Shown here piece by piece: positions 19,398 to 28,685 of a DNA stretch of 64,000 bases. Source of the DNA: Bacilli bacterium (GTDB lineage: Bacteria; Bacillota_I; Bacilli_A; RF39; UBA660); the NCBI GenBank assembly GCA_017936845.1, contig JAGBES010000001.1, positions 11,026 to 75,025 of the forward strand. Direction: 5' to 3'. Positions within the stretch are counted from its first letter, which is position 1, and each line of letters opens with the position of its first letter. The notes under the pieces are model-generated. The model had not been told where the DNA came from. It was given only the letters and a program-made list of their open reading frames with translations, and did not search any database. A program made the position numbers and the translations under genes.

Positions 19398-19561
19398 GAA
19401 AAAGAACCCTTATATAAAGTAAGGGTTTATTAATAATCTTTAAGAATTATATATAATCAGAAATCAAAGAATGTCGAAACTATTTATGTATTGAAAAGAA
19501 ACTAATATTATTTTTTATGAAGATGAAAATGTTAAGATATAATAAATAAGGAGTATAAGGT

Positions 19562-20200
19562 ATGAAAGAGATGTATAAAAAATATGTAAATGAAGATCAT
19601 TCATTTGATAAGGCAACAATGATAGGAATAATTTGTTTAATAATAGTAATATCAGGAATATTTGGCTTTATATATGAATTTATTTTTTACTACTTTAATG
19701 GTGGTATGGAAAAATTTTATTGGCGAGGTGGCAATTTTTTACCATGGATAAATATATATGCTATAGGTTCTTTCTTTATTTATTTTTTGACTTATAAATA
19801 TAGAAAAAAACCATTAAAAGTATTTATAATTAGCCTTTTTATTTGTGGAATTTTAGAATACATTTCTGGACTTGGAATGTATATTATAGGAGATGGATTT
19901 AGATGTTGGGACTATAATTCAGAAATACTTAATTTTGGTAATATTAATGGATTTATATGTTTGAGAAGTGTATTGTTTTTTGGATTATCAAGTTTATTAC
20001 TTATATATTTAATAGTACCTTTTTGTTTTTATTTAGCAAAAAAAGTAAATAAAAGATTATTTTTGATTATAAGTATTTCATTATGTACTATAATTTTAGT
20101 AGATGAAATTTACAATTTATTAATTGCAAGAATATTTGATTTACCAAGAGCTTCGTTTATATATAAAAAATTAGGGTTTAATTATGTTAAGTTTAAATAA
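19562..20200 (+). CDS. Polytopic membrane protein (CmpB-like 'putative ABC-transporter type IV' family?)
   Basis: 212 aa with 5-6 TM helices and an RCWDYN motif. The family assignment is from memory only. Confidence 0.4.
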   Translation: MKEMYKKYVNEDHSFDKATMIGIICLIIVISGIFGFIYEFIFYYFNGGMEKFYWRGGNFLPWINIYAIGSFFIYFLTYKYRKKPLKVFIISLFICGILEYISGLGMYIIGDGFRCWDYNSEILNFGNINGFICLRSVLFFGLSSLLLIYLIVPFCFYLAKKVNKRLFLIISISLCTIILVDEIYNLLIARIFDLPRASFIYKKLGFNYVKFK

Positions 20201-20273
20201 ATATATCATAATAAAAACTAAATTTTATTGTTTTTTTTAAATTATTAGTGTATACTTTTTTTGGAGGGATAGG

Positions 20274-20831
20274 ATGAAAAAGAAAGGTGTATTAGTATTT
20301 GTTAGTATTTTATTTCTTTGTTTAACAGGATGTGGAAAATCAAATAGTAATGAAAATAATGTTTTAAAAGAAGAAAAGAAAATAAATGGAAATTGTAGTG
20401 CTATTCAATGTATTGAAAAACTAGATACAAAAAGTACTGTAGAAGAAATTAATAAGATAATTGGATTCGATGGTGTTTTAACAGATGAAAAATATAATAA
20501 ATATACTTGGGAAATATCAGATACCGATGAAATAACAGCAACTTATTACTCAAGTAATAAAGCTAATATAGTTGCAAAATATGATAAAGATACATTAAAA
20601 AATAGTAAGGTTGATTTTTCAAAATATGAAGAAATAAAAAAAGCTTTACAAGATGGTGAAAAAATTTCTTATAATGAATTTAAAGAAAAAGTTGGTGGAA
20701 TTGATGGAACTTTAGTAGAAATTAGTTCTATAAGCAAAAAATATACTTGGGTTAATAAAGATGGTGGATATCTTACAGCAACATTTTCTACTTCAAGCGA
20801 TAAATGTACATTTATAATAGGAAGGTTTTAA
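20274..20831 (+). CDS. Lipoprotein, unknown function
   Basis: Lipobox LCLTG|C. The internal repeat KYTWE...ATY / KYTWVNKDGGYLTATF suggests a two-repeat fold. Confidence 0.55.
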   Translation: MKKKGVLVFVSILFLCLTGCGKSNSNENNVLKEEKKINGNCSAIQCIEKLDTKSTVEEINKIIGFDGVLTDEKYNKYTWEISDTDEITATYYSSNKANIVAKYDKDTLKNSKVDFSKYEEIKKALQDGEKISYNEFKEKVGGIDGTLVEISSISKKYTWVNKDGGYLTATFSTSSDKCTFIIGRF

Positions 20832-20919
20832 ATAATAAAAACCTTTTTTATTTTTATAAAAATAACTTTTATTTTTTTTCTTTTTGAGTTATACTATATA
20901 TAAAATAGGAGGGGATATT

Positions 20920-22494
20920 GTGATACTTAGAAAACCTTATAAGTTTCTTATTAAAAATTTTAGACTAATTCATATTTTATTAGCAATTGCAAGCATATAT
21001 TTACTTATAAAGACAAATTCAATATTAAGTTTTTTTAATGGGTATTTAAAAGCGTCTGAAACTATTATTGCTAGTGGGACTAGCCTAGAATATTTTAACA
21101 ATTTTATGAATTTATTAATTGTTTTAATATTACTAGGAAATATCTTAATATTAGTTATAATGAAAATGAAAGATAAACCTATAGTTTTTTACATTATTAA
21201 TATAGTAGCTTATATAATAGTTGGTTTTATATATTCGTATGATAGTTCTGTTATACAGAATTTAGAGATAAGTGCGGTTGATATAAGAACAATCAAGTTA
21301 GCTAGTGATTTTACACTTCTATGTTTTATGGGTCAAACCTTAAGTACTATAATATTAATAATTAGGGGAATAGGTTTTGATATTAAAAAATTTGATTTTA
21401 GTGAAGATTTAAAGTTAGATATAACCGAAAAGGATAATGAAGAATTTGAATTTGACTTAAATATAGATAAAAATAAATTTAGAAGAAATATAAAAAAAAC
21501 AGTTAGAAATATAAAATATGTTTATCATGAAAATAAATTTTTAGCTAATATATTTTTTATAGTATTATTAGTAATAATAGGTATAGTTATATTTTTAAAT
21601 AAGGAAGTTTATAATAAAATTTATAATAAAGGGGATATTTTAAAAACAATACAATATACTTATAAATTAGAAGATAGTTATCTTGTGAAGGAAAATTATA
21701 GAGGAATTGATATAACAAATAATTATTTGGTAGTTGCAAAATTAAGTATTAAAAGTAATATAAGTAGTGATATTCAATTTGCTACATCACGTTTACAACT
21801 ACATATTGGTAAAACCGTCTATAATCCTATAACAAACTATAAAAAAGATTTAATTGATTTAGGACAAAATTATATAAATGAATATTTAGATAATAATTAC
21901 AGTGAATATATTTTTGTGTTTGAGATACCTAAATCATATGCTAATAAAAAAATGTATTTAAAGTATAGTGATGTCAATGATAAAAAATATACTTTAAGGT
22001 TAAAGAATAAAAAATTTGAAGATCAAATTGAAATTGAAAGTAAATTAAATGATTATATTAAATTAAATGATCAACTATATAAAAATATTAAATTTAAAAT
22101 TTCTAATTATGAATTAGATAATAAAATAAAAGCAACTTATAATTTTTGTGAAACAAAAGATAAATGCTATGAATCTTATGAATACATTTATCCTACATTA
22201 ACGGATAATTATAATAAAGTAATATTAAAAATAGAATCAGATATTGATTTTAATGACCAAAAAATAAAAAATTTCGATAATATAGCTGATTTCATTGAAA
22301 CATATGGTACTATAAATTATGTTGTAAATAATCAAAAGAAAGAAATGAATACAACAATTAAAGAAGTCAAACCAATTAAAAGTAATCAAAAAGGTGTTTA
22401 CTATTTTGAAGTTTATAGTGATATAAAAAATGCTACACAAATATCATTAGTACTAAATATCAGAAATACAAAATATAAATATGTTTTAAAATAA
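20920..22494 (+). CDS. Membrane protein with multi-TM N-terminus and large extracytoplasmic C-terminal domain (first gene of the island?)
   Basis: GTG start at 20920 sits 6 nt after AGGAGGGG. About 4 N-terminal TM helices, a charged loop and one further TM are followed by a ~290-aa beta-rich domain. No family recognised. Confidence 0.5.
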   Translation: MILRKPYKFLIKNFRLIHILLAIASIYLLIKTNSILSFFNGYLKASETIIASGTSLEYFNNFMNLLIVLILLGNILILVIMKMKDKPIVFYIINIVAYIIVGFIYSYDSSVIQNLEISAVDIRTIKLASDFTLLCFMGQTLSTIILIIRGIGFDIKKFDFSEDLKLDITEKDNEEFEFDLNIDKNKFRRNIKKTVRNIKYVYHENKFLANIFFIVLLVIIGIVIFLNKEVYNKIYNKGDILKTIQYTYKLEDSYLVKENYRGIDITNNYLVVAKLSIKSNISSDIQFATSRLQLHIGKTVYNPITNYKKDLIDLGQNYINEYLDNNYSEYIFVFEIPKSYANKKMYLKYSDVNDKKYTLRLKNKKFEDQIEIESKLNDYIKLNDQLYKNIKFKISNYELDNKIKATYNFCETKDKCYESYEYIYPTLTDNYNKVILKIESDIDFNDQKIKNFDNIADFIETYGTINYVVNNQKKEMNTTIKEVKPIKSNQKGVYYFEVYSDIKNATQISLVLNIRNTKYKYVLK

Positions 22495-22599
22495 GTACTT
22501 ATGAGCTTATTTTTTTTATAAAAAAAGAAAAAAATGTTTTATTTGAATAAATATTGTGTTATAATGATACATGAGAATAAGAAGACTAGGAGTGATATA

Positions 22600-23241
22600 T
22601 TGAAAAAAAAATTAAGTTTTTCTATTACGTTATTCTTAATGGTCTTTTTACCATATAAGGTAAATGCTTTATGTAGTGATTCAGAAATTATAAGATTACA
22701 AAATATAGCAAAAAATATTAATTATAGTTATGAATATAACGAAACAAAAGAAAAGTTTTCTATAACTTTTACAAATTTAAATGACGAAATAATCATAAGA
22801 AGTTCTACCACAGGTAGAAGTTATAATGGTATAAAAGAAATAAAAATAAATGATTTTATATCAGGAAATTATAAATTTAATATATATTCAAAAGATAATA
22901 AATGTACAAAAGATATATTATCAACCAAGTATATTGAATTACCATATTATAATGTTTTTTATAATTCTGAGTTATGTGATGGAATAAATAATTATTCATA
23001 TTGTCAAAAATGGCAAAAAAACAGTGTTAGTTATGATGTGTGGTATTCTAAAGTTACAAAATATAGAAATAGTATAAAAGAAGTAAAAAAAGAAGAAATA
23101 GATAATTCTGGATTATTTGATAAAATAGGTAATATAATAATGAAATTTTATGTAAATTATTATTATATAATTTTGCCTTTAATTATAATAATATTATGTT
23201 CTATTATATATGTTAAAAATAAAAAAGAAGAACTTGTATAA
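22600..23241 (+). CDS. Exported Cys-containing protein with C-terminal TM anchor
   Basis: The likely TTG start at 22600 follows AGGAGTG (the alternative is ATG at 22567). Signal peptide KKKLSFSITLFLMVFLPYKVNA|L, several Cys (LCSDSE, NKCTKD, ELCDGINNYSYCQKW), and a C-terminal TM YYYIILPLIIIILCSIIYV. Confidence 0.5.
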   Translation: MKKKLSFSITLFLMVFLPYKVNALCSDSEIIRLQNIAKNINYSYEYNETKEKFSITFTNLNDEIIIRSSTTGRSYNGIKEIKINDFISGNYKFNIYSKDNKCTKDILSTKYIELPYYNVFYNSELCDGINNYSYCQKWQKNSVSYDVWYSKVTKYRNSIKEVKKEEIDNSGLFDKIGNIIMKFYVNYYYIILPLIIIILCSIIYVKNKKEELV

Positions 23242-23251
23242 GGAGGTAAAT

Positions 23252-26077
23252 ATGAAAAAAAGAATAAATTCTTTAATGATTCTAAGCTTTATTGGAATCT
23301 TTGGATTTTTTGCTTTTTCTAATAGTGTAAAGGCACAACTTTATAATGGTCAAGGTGGAGAAGCTTTGTCTAAGGGTTCTGGATATGCAAGTTGTGGGAG
23401 TACTATTAACTGTCTTTATAATAATAAAGATATTTTACTATTTAAAATATCTTTATGGTATGTTGATAATGGCAGTTTTTCACAAGGAGAAGGATGGAGA
23501 GATTTCTACTATACTAACGAAAAAGGTCATAATTATTTAAATAATCTTTATAGTAATGTTTATTATTTTTCAGAACTTGATAATTGTAAGGCTGGTGATT
23601 ATCAGTGTGCTAGTAATAAGATAAGAGCTTATTATGGTGAAACTGGAGATACAATTGAGGTTACCGATGGAGCCAAAAAAGATATTAACTGGATGGTAAA
23701 TTCATCAAAATCTCAAGATACGAGTGATTTTTATAAAGACATATTAACTAAGGAAAGTGAACTTGCGAGTTCTACTAGTGCAGCTACTAAAGGTTATAGA
23801 ATTTATATAGAACCAGCATTCAATGTAAAAAATGTTAAATTTTCTTCAAATGATACAGCAAGTTTAGCTGGTATTCTTACTGTTAAAGAACTTGCAAAAA
23901 CTTATAATGGAACTTCCTGTAAAGGTGCTCCTAATATAACATCAGGATGCAGTAGTCCACTTTTAGGAAATAAATCTTTAGCTCAAGTATTAAATATTCA
24001 ATTTACTGATACAGGAATATCTAGTCCTAAAGCATGTACATCTATTACACAAGATGAATTGAAAGATTCAAAAAATGGATGCGGGTATAATATTGTTGAT
24101 ATTAGTAATTATGTTACCGGTCCACCATGCTATTCATCAAGTGTTGAAACAACACAAAGTTTAGCTTGTATTAATACAGATCAAAATAATATAGGTAAAT
24201 ATACAGAAAAATATGAAGAAAAATCATGTGATAATGCAACGGAAGAAGAACAAACAAATACAGAATATGGAAAGTTGATTGCAACTGATTCAAATTCTTG
24301 TAAAATTTACTGTATAGAATCAGCAATTGCAAGTTTTCCAGGAAATATTTCTAGAGCTGTTGCTTTAGATAGAATTCCAAATAAAGGTACATATTTTGCT
24401 TGGCCAACAAGATTAAATGATCCTAATGGACGCTACAGTATGAAAATAACAAATAAATTAACTTGTACGGTAGTAAGAGAAAATGATAATTGTAATACAG
24501 AAACACTTATAAATTCAGCTAGTTCAGTTGCAGCTTCAGCTCAAGCAGGAGCTAAATTAACTGCCGGGACAAATAAAAAATTAGATGAATCACTAGTTGT
24601 TGATTTTGAAAGAAAAACTAGTAAAACTGATGTTGGTGATTTTGATGGTAAAGTTGGTAAAAACAAAGTAGTTTTTACTAAGGAAACTTATTTTAAAATA
24701 AGAAGTAATGCTAATAGATACTTTAATAAAAATACCAATGCTGTTACAGATTCTGGTTCTGTATCAAGTATAATAGTTGATAGAGGTGAAGGAGTTGTTT
24801 CGCTAAGTTTAAATGATTCAACTAAGCAAAAATATAATTTGACATTGAGCGACATTAAAATTGGTGTAAATAATAAATTTGGAAGTAAAATATCAGATTA
24901 TACATGTAATTATAGAATAGCTGATTCATCATGCGTATGTCCTGAGGGAACATTAAGAGCTGGAGATTCATTATATGATAAGTTAACTGAGGGAAAAACA
25001 TGCGTAGAATTACAGAGAACAGAATGCAATTTATGTAAATGTCCACCAGATTCAGCTAAAGCTTATGAAGATTATGTGTTAGGTGAAGGATTGGATAGCA
25101 AGGCTTGTAAAGCAAAACAAGAAGAAAAATGTTATAATTATTGTGGTGAAGATAATCCAACTTTCAAAACATGTACTGATGAATATATAGAAAAGGGATA
25201 TACTGAAAAACAAGCCAAAAAAATCTGTGAAGTAGAAGCTTGTCCTAGATACTTCTGTACAGATAGTACAGGAAAAAGCCATGTTGAAGATTTTGAACAA
25301 TGTATGTCATTAGGAAATTCATATAAATCTTGTTATATTCTATATTGCTCTGATGATATATGTATTGATGATATTTGTACAGTATGTACTGAAGATTGTA
25401 AGTGGAAATTACAAAGTTCTAATGTAACTAATACAACAAAAATATCATATGTAAAAACATGTTCAGATGGAGGTATTTGCGATAAAATTGAGTTATCTTG
25501 TCCTGGTGGCGAAACAAATATGAATAATCCATTACCATGTGTTCAATCGCAACTTGGAGTAAGTAATATAACTGAAGCGTTAAATAATGGAACAATAAAT
25601 GCAGGAGACGTTGATAGAGCATTTAATGCTTGTAAAGAAACAGTATGTCCAGGATCTAATCAAAAAATAATATATAGAGTAATAGATTTAAATAATCCAT
25701 TTCCAGGAAAATCTAATAAAGGATTAGTTAGTGGATTTAGTAATGGTGGAAGAGGAAGAAAACCAGGAAGTAATTGGGATTCTGAAGAAATAGTAAAAAA
25801 CAAGATATTAAATGCTAGAGAAGCAAAAGGATATGAATTATATAATAAAGAACCACTTTATGTTATAACATTAACACCAAGTGACATAAAAAATATTAGA
25901 AAATATAATAAAAATAATAAGTATTCAAATTTTGATATGAATTGTACAAATGAAAGCAAAACAAGTAAATGTATAAGTAATTATATACATAAAACATATA
26001 GTAAAATTTTAACAGGTGGAAAGTGTAACAATATTTCAAATGAACAAGAATTTGATAGTTGTTATAATGGAAAATAG
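23252..26077 (+). CDS. Large secreted Cys-rich protein (candidate adhesin / pilus-associated)
   Basis: RBS AAGGAGG precedes the ATG at 23252. Sec signal MKKRINSLMILSFIGIFGFFAFSNSVKA|Q. 941 aa, with no LPXTG and no C-terminal TM. By my count the stretch encoded by ~24900-25655 holds 27 Cys. Confidence 0.6.
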   Translation: MKKRINSLMILSFIGIFGFFAFSNSVKAQLYNGQGGEALSKGSGYASCGSTINCLYNNKDILLFKISLWYVDNGSFSQGEGWRDFYYTNEKGHNYLNNLYSNVYYFSELDNCKAGDYQCASNKIRAYYGETGDTIEVTDGAKKDINWMVNSSKSQDTSDFYKDILTKESELASSTSAATKGYRIYIEPAFNVKNVKFSSNDTASLAGILTVKELAKTYNGTSCKGAPNITSGCSSPLLGNKSLAQVLNIQFTDTGISSPKACTSITQDELKDSKNGCGYNIVDISNYVTGPPCYSSSVETTQSLACINTDQNNIGKYTEKYEEKSCDNATEEEQTNTEYGKLIATDSNSCKIYCIESAIASFPGNISRAVALDRIPNKGTYFAWPTRLNDPNGRYSMKITNKLTCTVVRENDNCNTETLINSASSVAASAQAGAKLTAGTNKKLDESLVVDFERKTSKTDVGDFDGKVGKNKVVFTKETYFKIRSNANRYFNKNTNAVTDSGSVSSIIVDRGEGVVSLSLNDSTKQKYNLTLSDIKIGVNNKFGSKISDYTCNYRIADSSCVCPEGTLRAGDSLYDKLTEGKTCVELQRTECNLCKCPPDSAKAYEDYVLGEGLDSKACKAKQEEKCYNYCGEDNPTFKTCTDEYIEKGYTEKQAKKICEVEACPRYFCTDSTGKSHVEDFEQCMSLGNSYKSCYILYCSDDICIDDICTVCTEDCKWKLQSSNVTNTTKISYVKTCSDGGICDKIELSCPGGETNMNNPLPCVQSQLGVSNITEALNNGTINAGDVDRAFNACKETVCPGSNQKIIYRVIDLNNPFPGKSNKGLVSGFSNGGRGRKPGSNWDSEEIVKNKILNAREAKGYELYNKEPLYVITLTPSDIKNIRKYNKNNKYSNFDMNCTNESKTSKCISNYIHKTYSKILTGGKCNNISNEQEFDSCYNGK

Positions 26078-26088
26078 GAGGTATATAA

Positions 26089-26490
26089 ATGAAAGAATCG
26101 TTTTGGGGAGCTTTGATTATAAGTTTTGGCGTTATTTCGATAATGTTTATATACTTTTTTCAAAATGTTACAAATACAGATCAACAAAATTATAATTTAC
26201 TTAGAGAAACAACAGAAGCAGCAATGTACGATGCAATAGATTATAACGAATATATAACAAATGGAAATGTAAAAATAAATGCAGAGAAATTTGTAGAAAA
26301 TTTTACAAGAAGATTTGCCGAAAATGCTAGTCTTTCAAATACTTATGTTATTGAAATATATGACATAAGTGAATATCCACCAAAAGTTAGTTTATTAGTA
26401 AAATCTACTAAAGATACTAACTTAGCAGGTGAAGTAGTTAATTTTGATGTAACAAACAAGATTGATGCAATATTAGAAACACCATATTAG
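26089..26490 (+). CDS. Pseudopilin-like protein (TadE/TadF-like minor pilin candidate)
   Basis: N-terminus MKESFWG|ALIISFGVISIMFIYFF is a short charged leader ending in Gly followed by a hydrophobic helix. 133 aa, directly upstream of the cpaB-like gene. Confidence 0.45.
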   Translation: MKESFWGALIISFGVISIMFIYFFQNVTNTDQQNYNLLRETTEAAMYDAIDYNEYITNGNVKINAEKFVENFTRRFAENASLSNTYVIEIYDISEYPPKVSLLVKSTKDTNLAGEVVNFDVTNKIDAILETPY

Positions 26491-26557
26491 TTCTAAATTT
26501 TGAATTTCAAAATTAGATATATATACGAGATTAAAAGAGTAGGAGAGGAAGAAAAAT

Positions 26558-27388
26558 ATGAATAATTTTATGATTTCGTTAAAAAAGTTCTTTAAAAATA
26601 AGAACACAGTTACTATTATAGGAGTAATATTGATTATACTAATTCTAGTTTTTGGTTATAGATACCAAATAAAGAAAAAAGTAAATCCAGTTACTGGTAT
26701 TCCAGTAGCAGCACAAACAATACAACCAAGAACAAAAATAACAGAAGATATGATTACATATATAGATGTAGCACCAGTAGTGCTTCAAAAAGGAGAAGTA
26801 ATTACAAATAAAGCAGCAGTAGTAGGAAAATATAGTAATTACAATACAGTTATTCCAAAAGGAAGTATGTTTTATAATGATACAGTTATAAATGAATCGG
26901 AATTACCAGATTCAGCATTTGTAAATGTAGAAGAGGGACAAGTTCCATATAATTTCCCAGTTACAATTGATAGTACATATGGAAATTCGATTTTCCCAGG
27001 TAATTATATTGATATATATATGAAAGCTGAGAGAAAAGATGGAAAATTAATGGTAGGAAAATTGCTTGAAAATGTAAAAGTTTTAGCAGTTAAAGATTCA
27101 GCAGGAAGACATGTTTTTGAAAATTCTGAAGAATCTAGAACTCCAGCTTACTTAATATTTGGAGTAGAACCAGAAATAAATATTTTACTTAGAAAAGCAA
27201 GCTACATGAATAATTATTCAGTAGAATTATTTCCAGTTCCACATGGAGCAACTGTAAAAGAAGAAGGAACAACAACAGTTACTTCACAAACATTAAAAGA
27301 TTTTATAAATGCAAATACAGTAGCTAATGATGAAATTGAAGATAAAAAAACAACAACTGATACTACAAATACAACAAAACAAGGATAA
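26558..27388 (+). CDS. cpaB: CpaB/RcpC-like Flp pilus assembly protein
   Basis: N-terminal TM is followed by SAF-like and beta-clip segments: VPVAAQTIQPRTKITEDMI, VVGKYSNYNTVIPKGSMF, FPGNYIDIYM, LLENVKVLAVKD, ILLRKASYM. This follows the CpaB pattern (V.VA...I..G..I, vGr....i..G, pGd.VDV, v.VLAv). Confidence 0.7.
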   Translation: MNNFMISLKKFFKNKNTVTIIGVILIILILVFGYRYQIKKKVNPVTGIPVAAQTIQPRTKITEDMITYIDVAPVVLQKGEVITNKAAVVGKYSNYNTVIPKGSMFYNDTVINESELPDSAFVNVEEGQVPYNFPVTIDSTYGNSIFPGNYIDIYMKAERKDGKLMVGKLLENVKVLAVKDSAGRHVFENSEESRTPAYLIFGVEPEINILLRKASYMNNYSVELFPVPHGATVKEEGTTTVTSQTLKDFINANTVANDEIEDKKTTTDTTNTTKQG

Positions 27389-27393
27389 GATAA

Positions 27394-28674
27394 ATGAATG
27401 ATTCAATGTTTTCCCAAATTGATTTTGGACCATTAGATGATTATTTAAAAAATGATGATATTACTGATATTTCATATAGTAATAACGGTCAAGTTTGGGT
27501 AAAAACCTTATCAAAAGGTATATATAGAGTTGATAATGAAGCTGTAAACAATGCATTTATGGAGAAGTTAGCATTTCAATGTGCTAATGTTATGGGTAAA
27601 ACATTTAATATGGCGCATCCATTTCTAGATGCAGAGGGAGCAGAGTTACGTCTTAATTTTGTTCATGAATCTATAGCTAGAAATGGTATAGCTGTGTTAA
27701 TTCGTAAAACACCAGCAAAGATTAGATTAGAAAAAGATAAATTGCTAAAGGAAGATTACCTTTCTTTGGATATACACGATTTTCTAATTTATTGTGTTCA
27801 GGGGCATTGTAATATAATTGTATGTGGAGAAACAGGTTCGGGTAAAACTGAGTTTGTAAAATACTTGGCAGCACATACAAAAGAAGATGAAAAATTAATT
27901 ACAATTGAAGATACTTTGGAATTACATTTAGACCGTATATTTCCTCATCGTGATATAGTTGCGATGAAAACAAATAATATAGCATCTTATTCTGATGTTT
28001 TAGTAACATGTATGAGACAAAACCCTAAATGGATATTACTTTCCGAAGTTCGTAGTGCAGAAGCAGTGTTAGCAGTAAGAAACTCTATTTCATCTGGACA
28101 TTATATCTTGTCAACAATACATGCTGATAAAGCTTCAAGTATTCCTAATCGTATGTATAGTTTACTTGAAACAAATCAGGATATAGATCAATTTTTGAAA
28201 TCAATTTATAGATATATCCAATTAGGAGTATATATAAGAGGATATCAAGATAAAAATACAAAACAATTTCACCGTGAAATTGCAGAAGTAACTGAATTTT
28301 ATGTTACAGAGGATAATAAAGCAGAGTATAATACAATTTATAAGAAAACAACAACAGGAAAAGTTGTAAGAAAAAGTCCATCTAAATATTTGATAGATTA
28401 TTTAGATGCTCAAGGTGTAATTTTACCAAAAGATATAATAAAAGAAGGAGAAACAATTGATCCTTTAATGAGTCAAAATAGTTCACAAATAAATCAAAAA
28501 AACCAATTAAATCAATCATTAAATAATCAAAATTATCAGACCCAAAATAAACAAAATATTCAAATGAATAATATTTATCAAAATAAACAAGGAATTAATT
28601 ATAGTCAACAAGTTTATAGACAAGTACCAAATGGTACAACAAATACTTTAAATCAAGACTTAAATAAAGCATAA
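27394..28674 (+). CDS. tadA: CpaF/TadA-type secretion ATPase (VirB11/GspE superfamily) with Q/N-rich C-terminal tail
   Basis: Walker A CGETGSGKTE, Asp box ITIEDTLEL, Walker B ILLSEVRSAEA, His box STIHA. The last ~70 aa are Gln/Asn-rich low complexity. Confidence 0.85.
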   Translation: MNDSMFSQIDFGPLDDYLKNDDITDISYSNNGQVWVKTLSKGIYRVDNEAVNNAFMEKLAFQCANVMGKTFNMAHPFLDAEGAELRLNFVHESIARNGIAVLIRKTPAKIRLEKDKLLKEDYLSLDIHDFLIYCVQGHCNIIVCGETGSGKTEFVKYLAAHTKEDEKLITIEDTLELHLDRIFPHRDIVAMKTNNIASYSDVLVTCMRQNPKWILLSEVRSAEAVLAVRNSISSGHYILSTIHADKASSIPNRMYSLLETNQDIDQFLKSIYRYIQLGVYIRGYQDKNTKQFHREIAEVTEFYVTEDNKAEYNTIYKKTTTGKVVRKSPSKYLIDYLDAQGVILPKDIIKEGETIDPLMSQNSSQINQKNQLNQSLNNQNYQTQNKQNIQMNNIYQNKQGINYSQQVYRQVPNGTTNTLNQDLNKA

Positions 28675-28685
28675 GGAGGTAACGA

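Noticed and set aside
21270-21400. Possible cryptic prepilin-peptidase motifs in the N-terminal membrane domain of ORF 20920 (SAVDIRTIKLASDF and RGIGFDIKKF, vaguely like the two Asp motifs D..(I/L)P(D/N) and GxGDxK of A24 peptidases)
   Set aside because: The GxGD motif is interrupted (G-I-G-F-D). The TM order does not match TadV/PilD topology, and the protein has a large unrelated C-terminal ectodomain. This is too weak to call a peptidase.
26497-26515. Perfect 9-bp inverted repeat AATTTTGAA-t-TTCAAAATT between ORF 26089 and the cpaB-like gene
   Set aside because: It is composed almost entirely of A/T, so it is easily expected by chance in this genome. The 1-nt spacer makes a poor hairpin, and no T-run or second copy was seen. 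Regulatory significance is unsupported.
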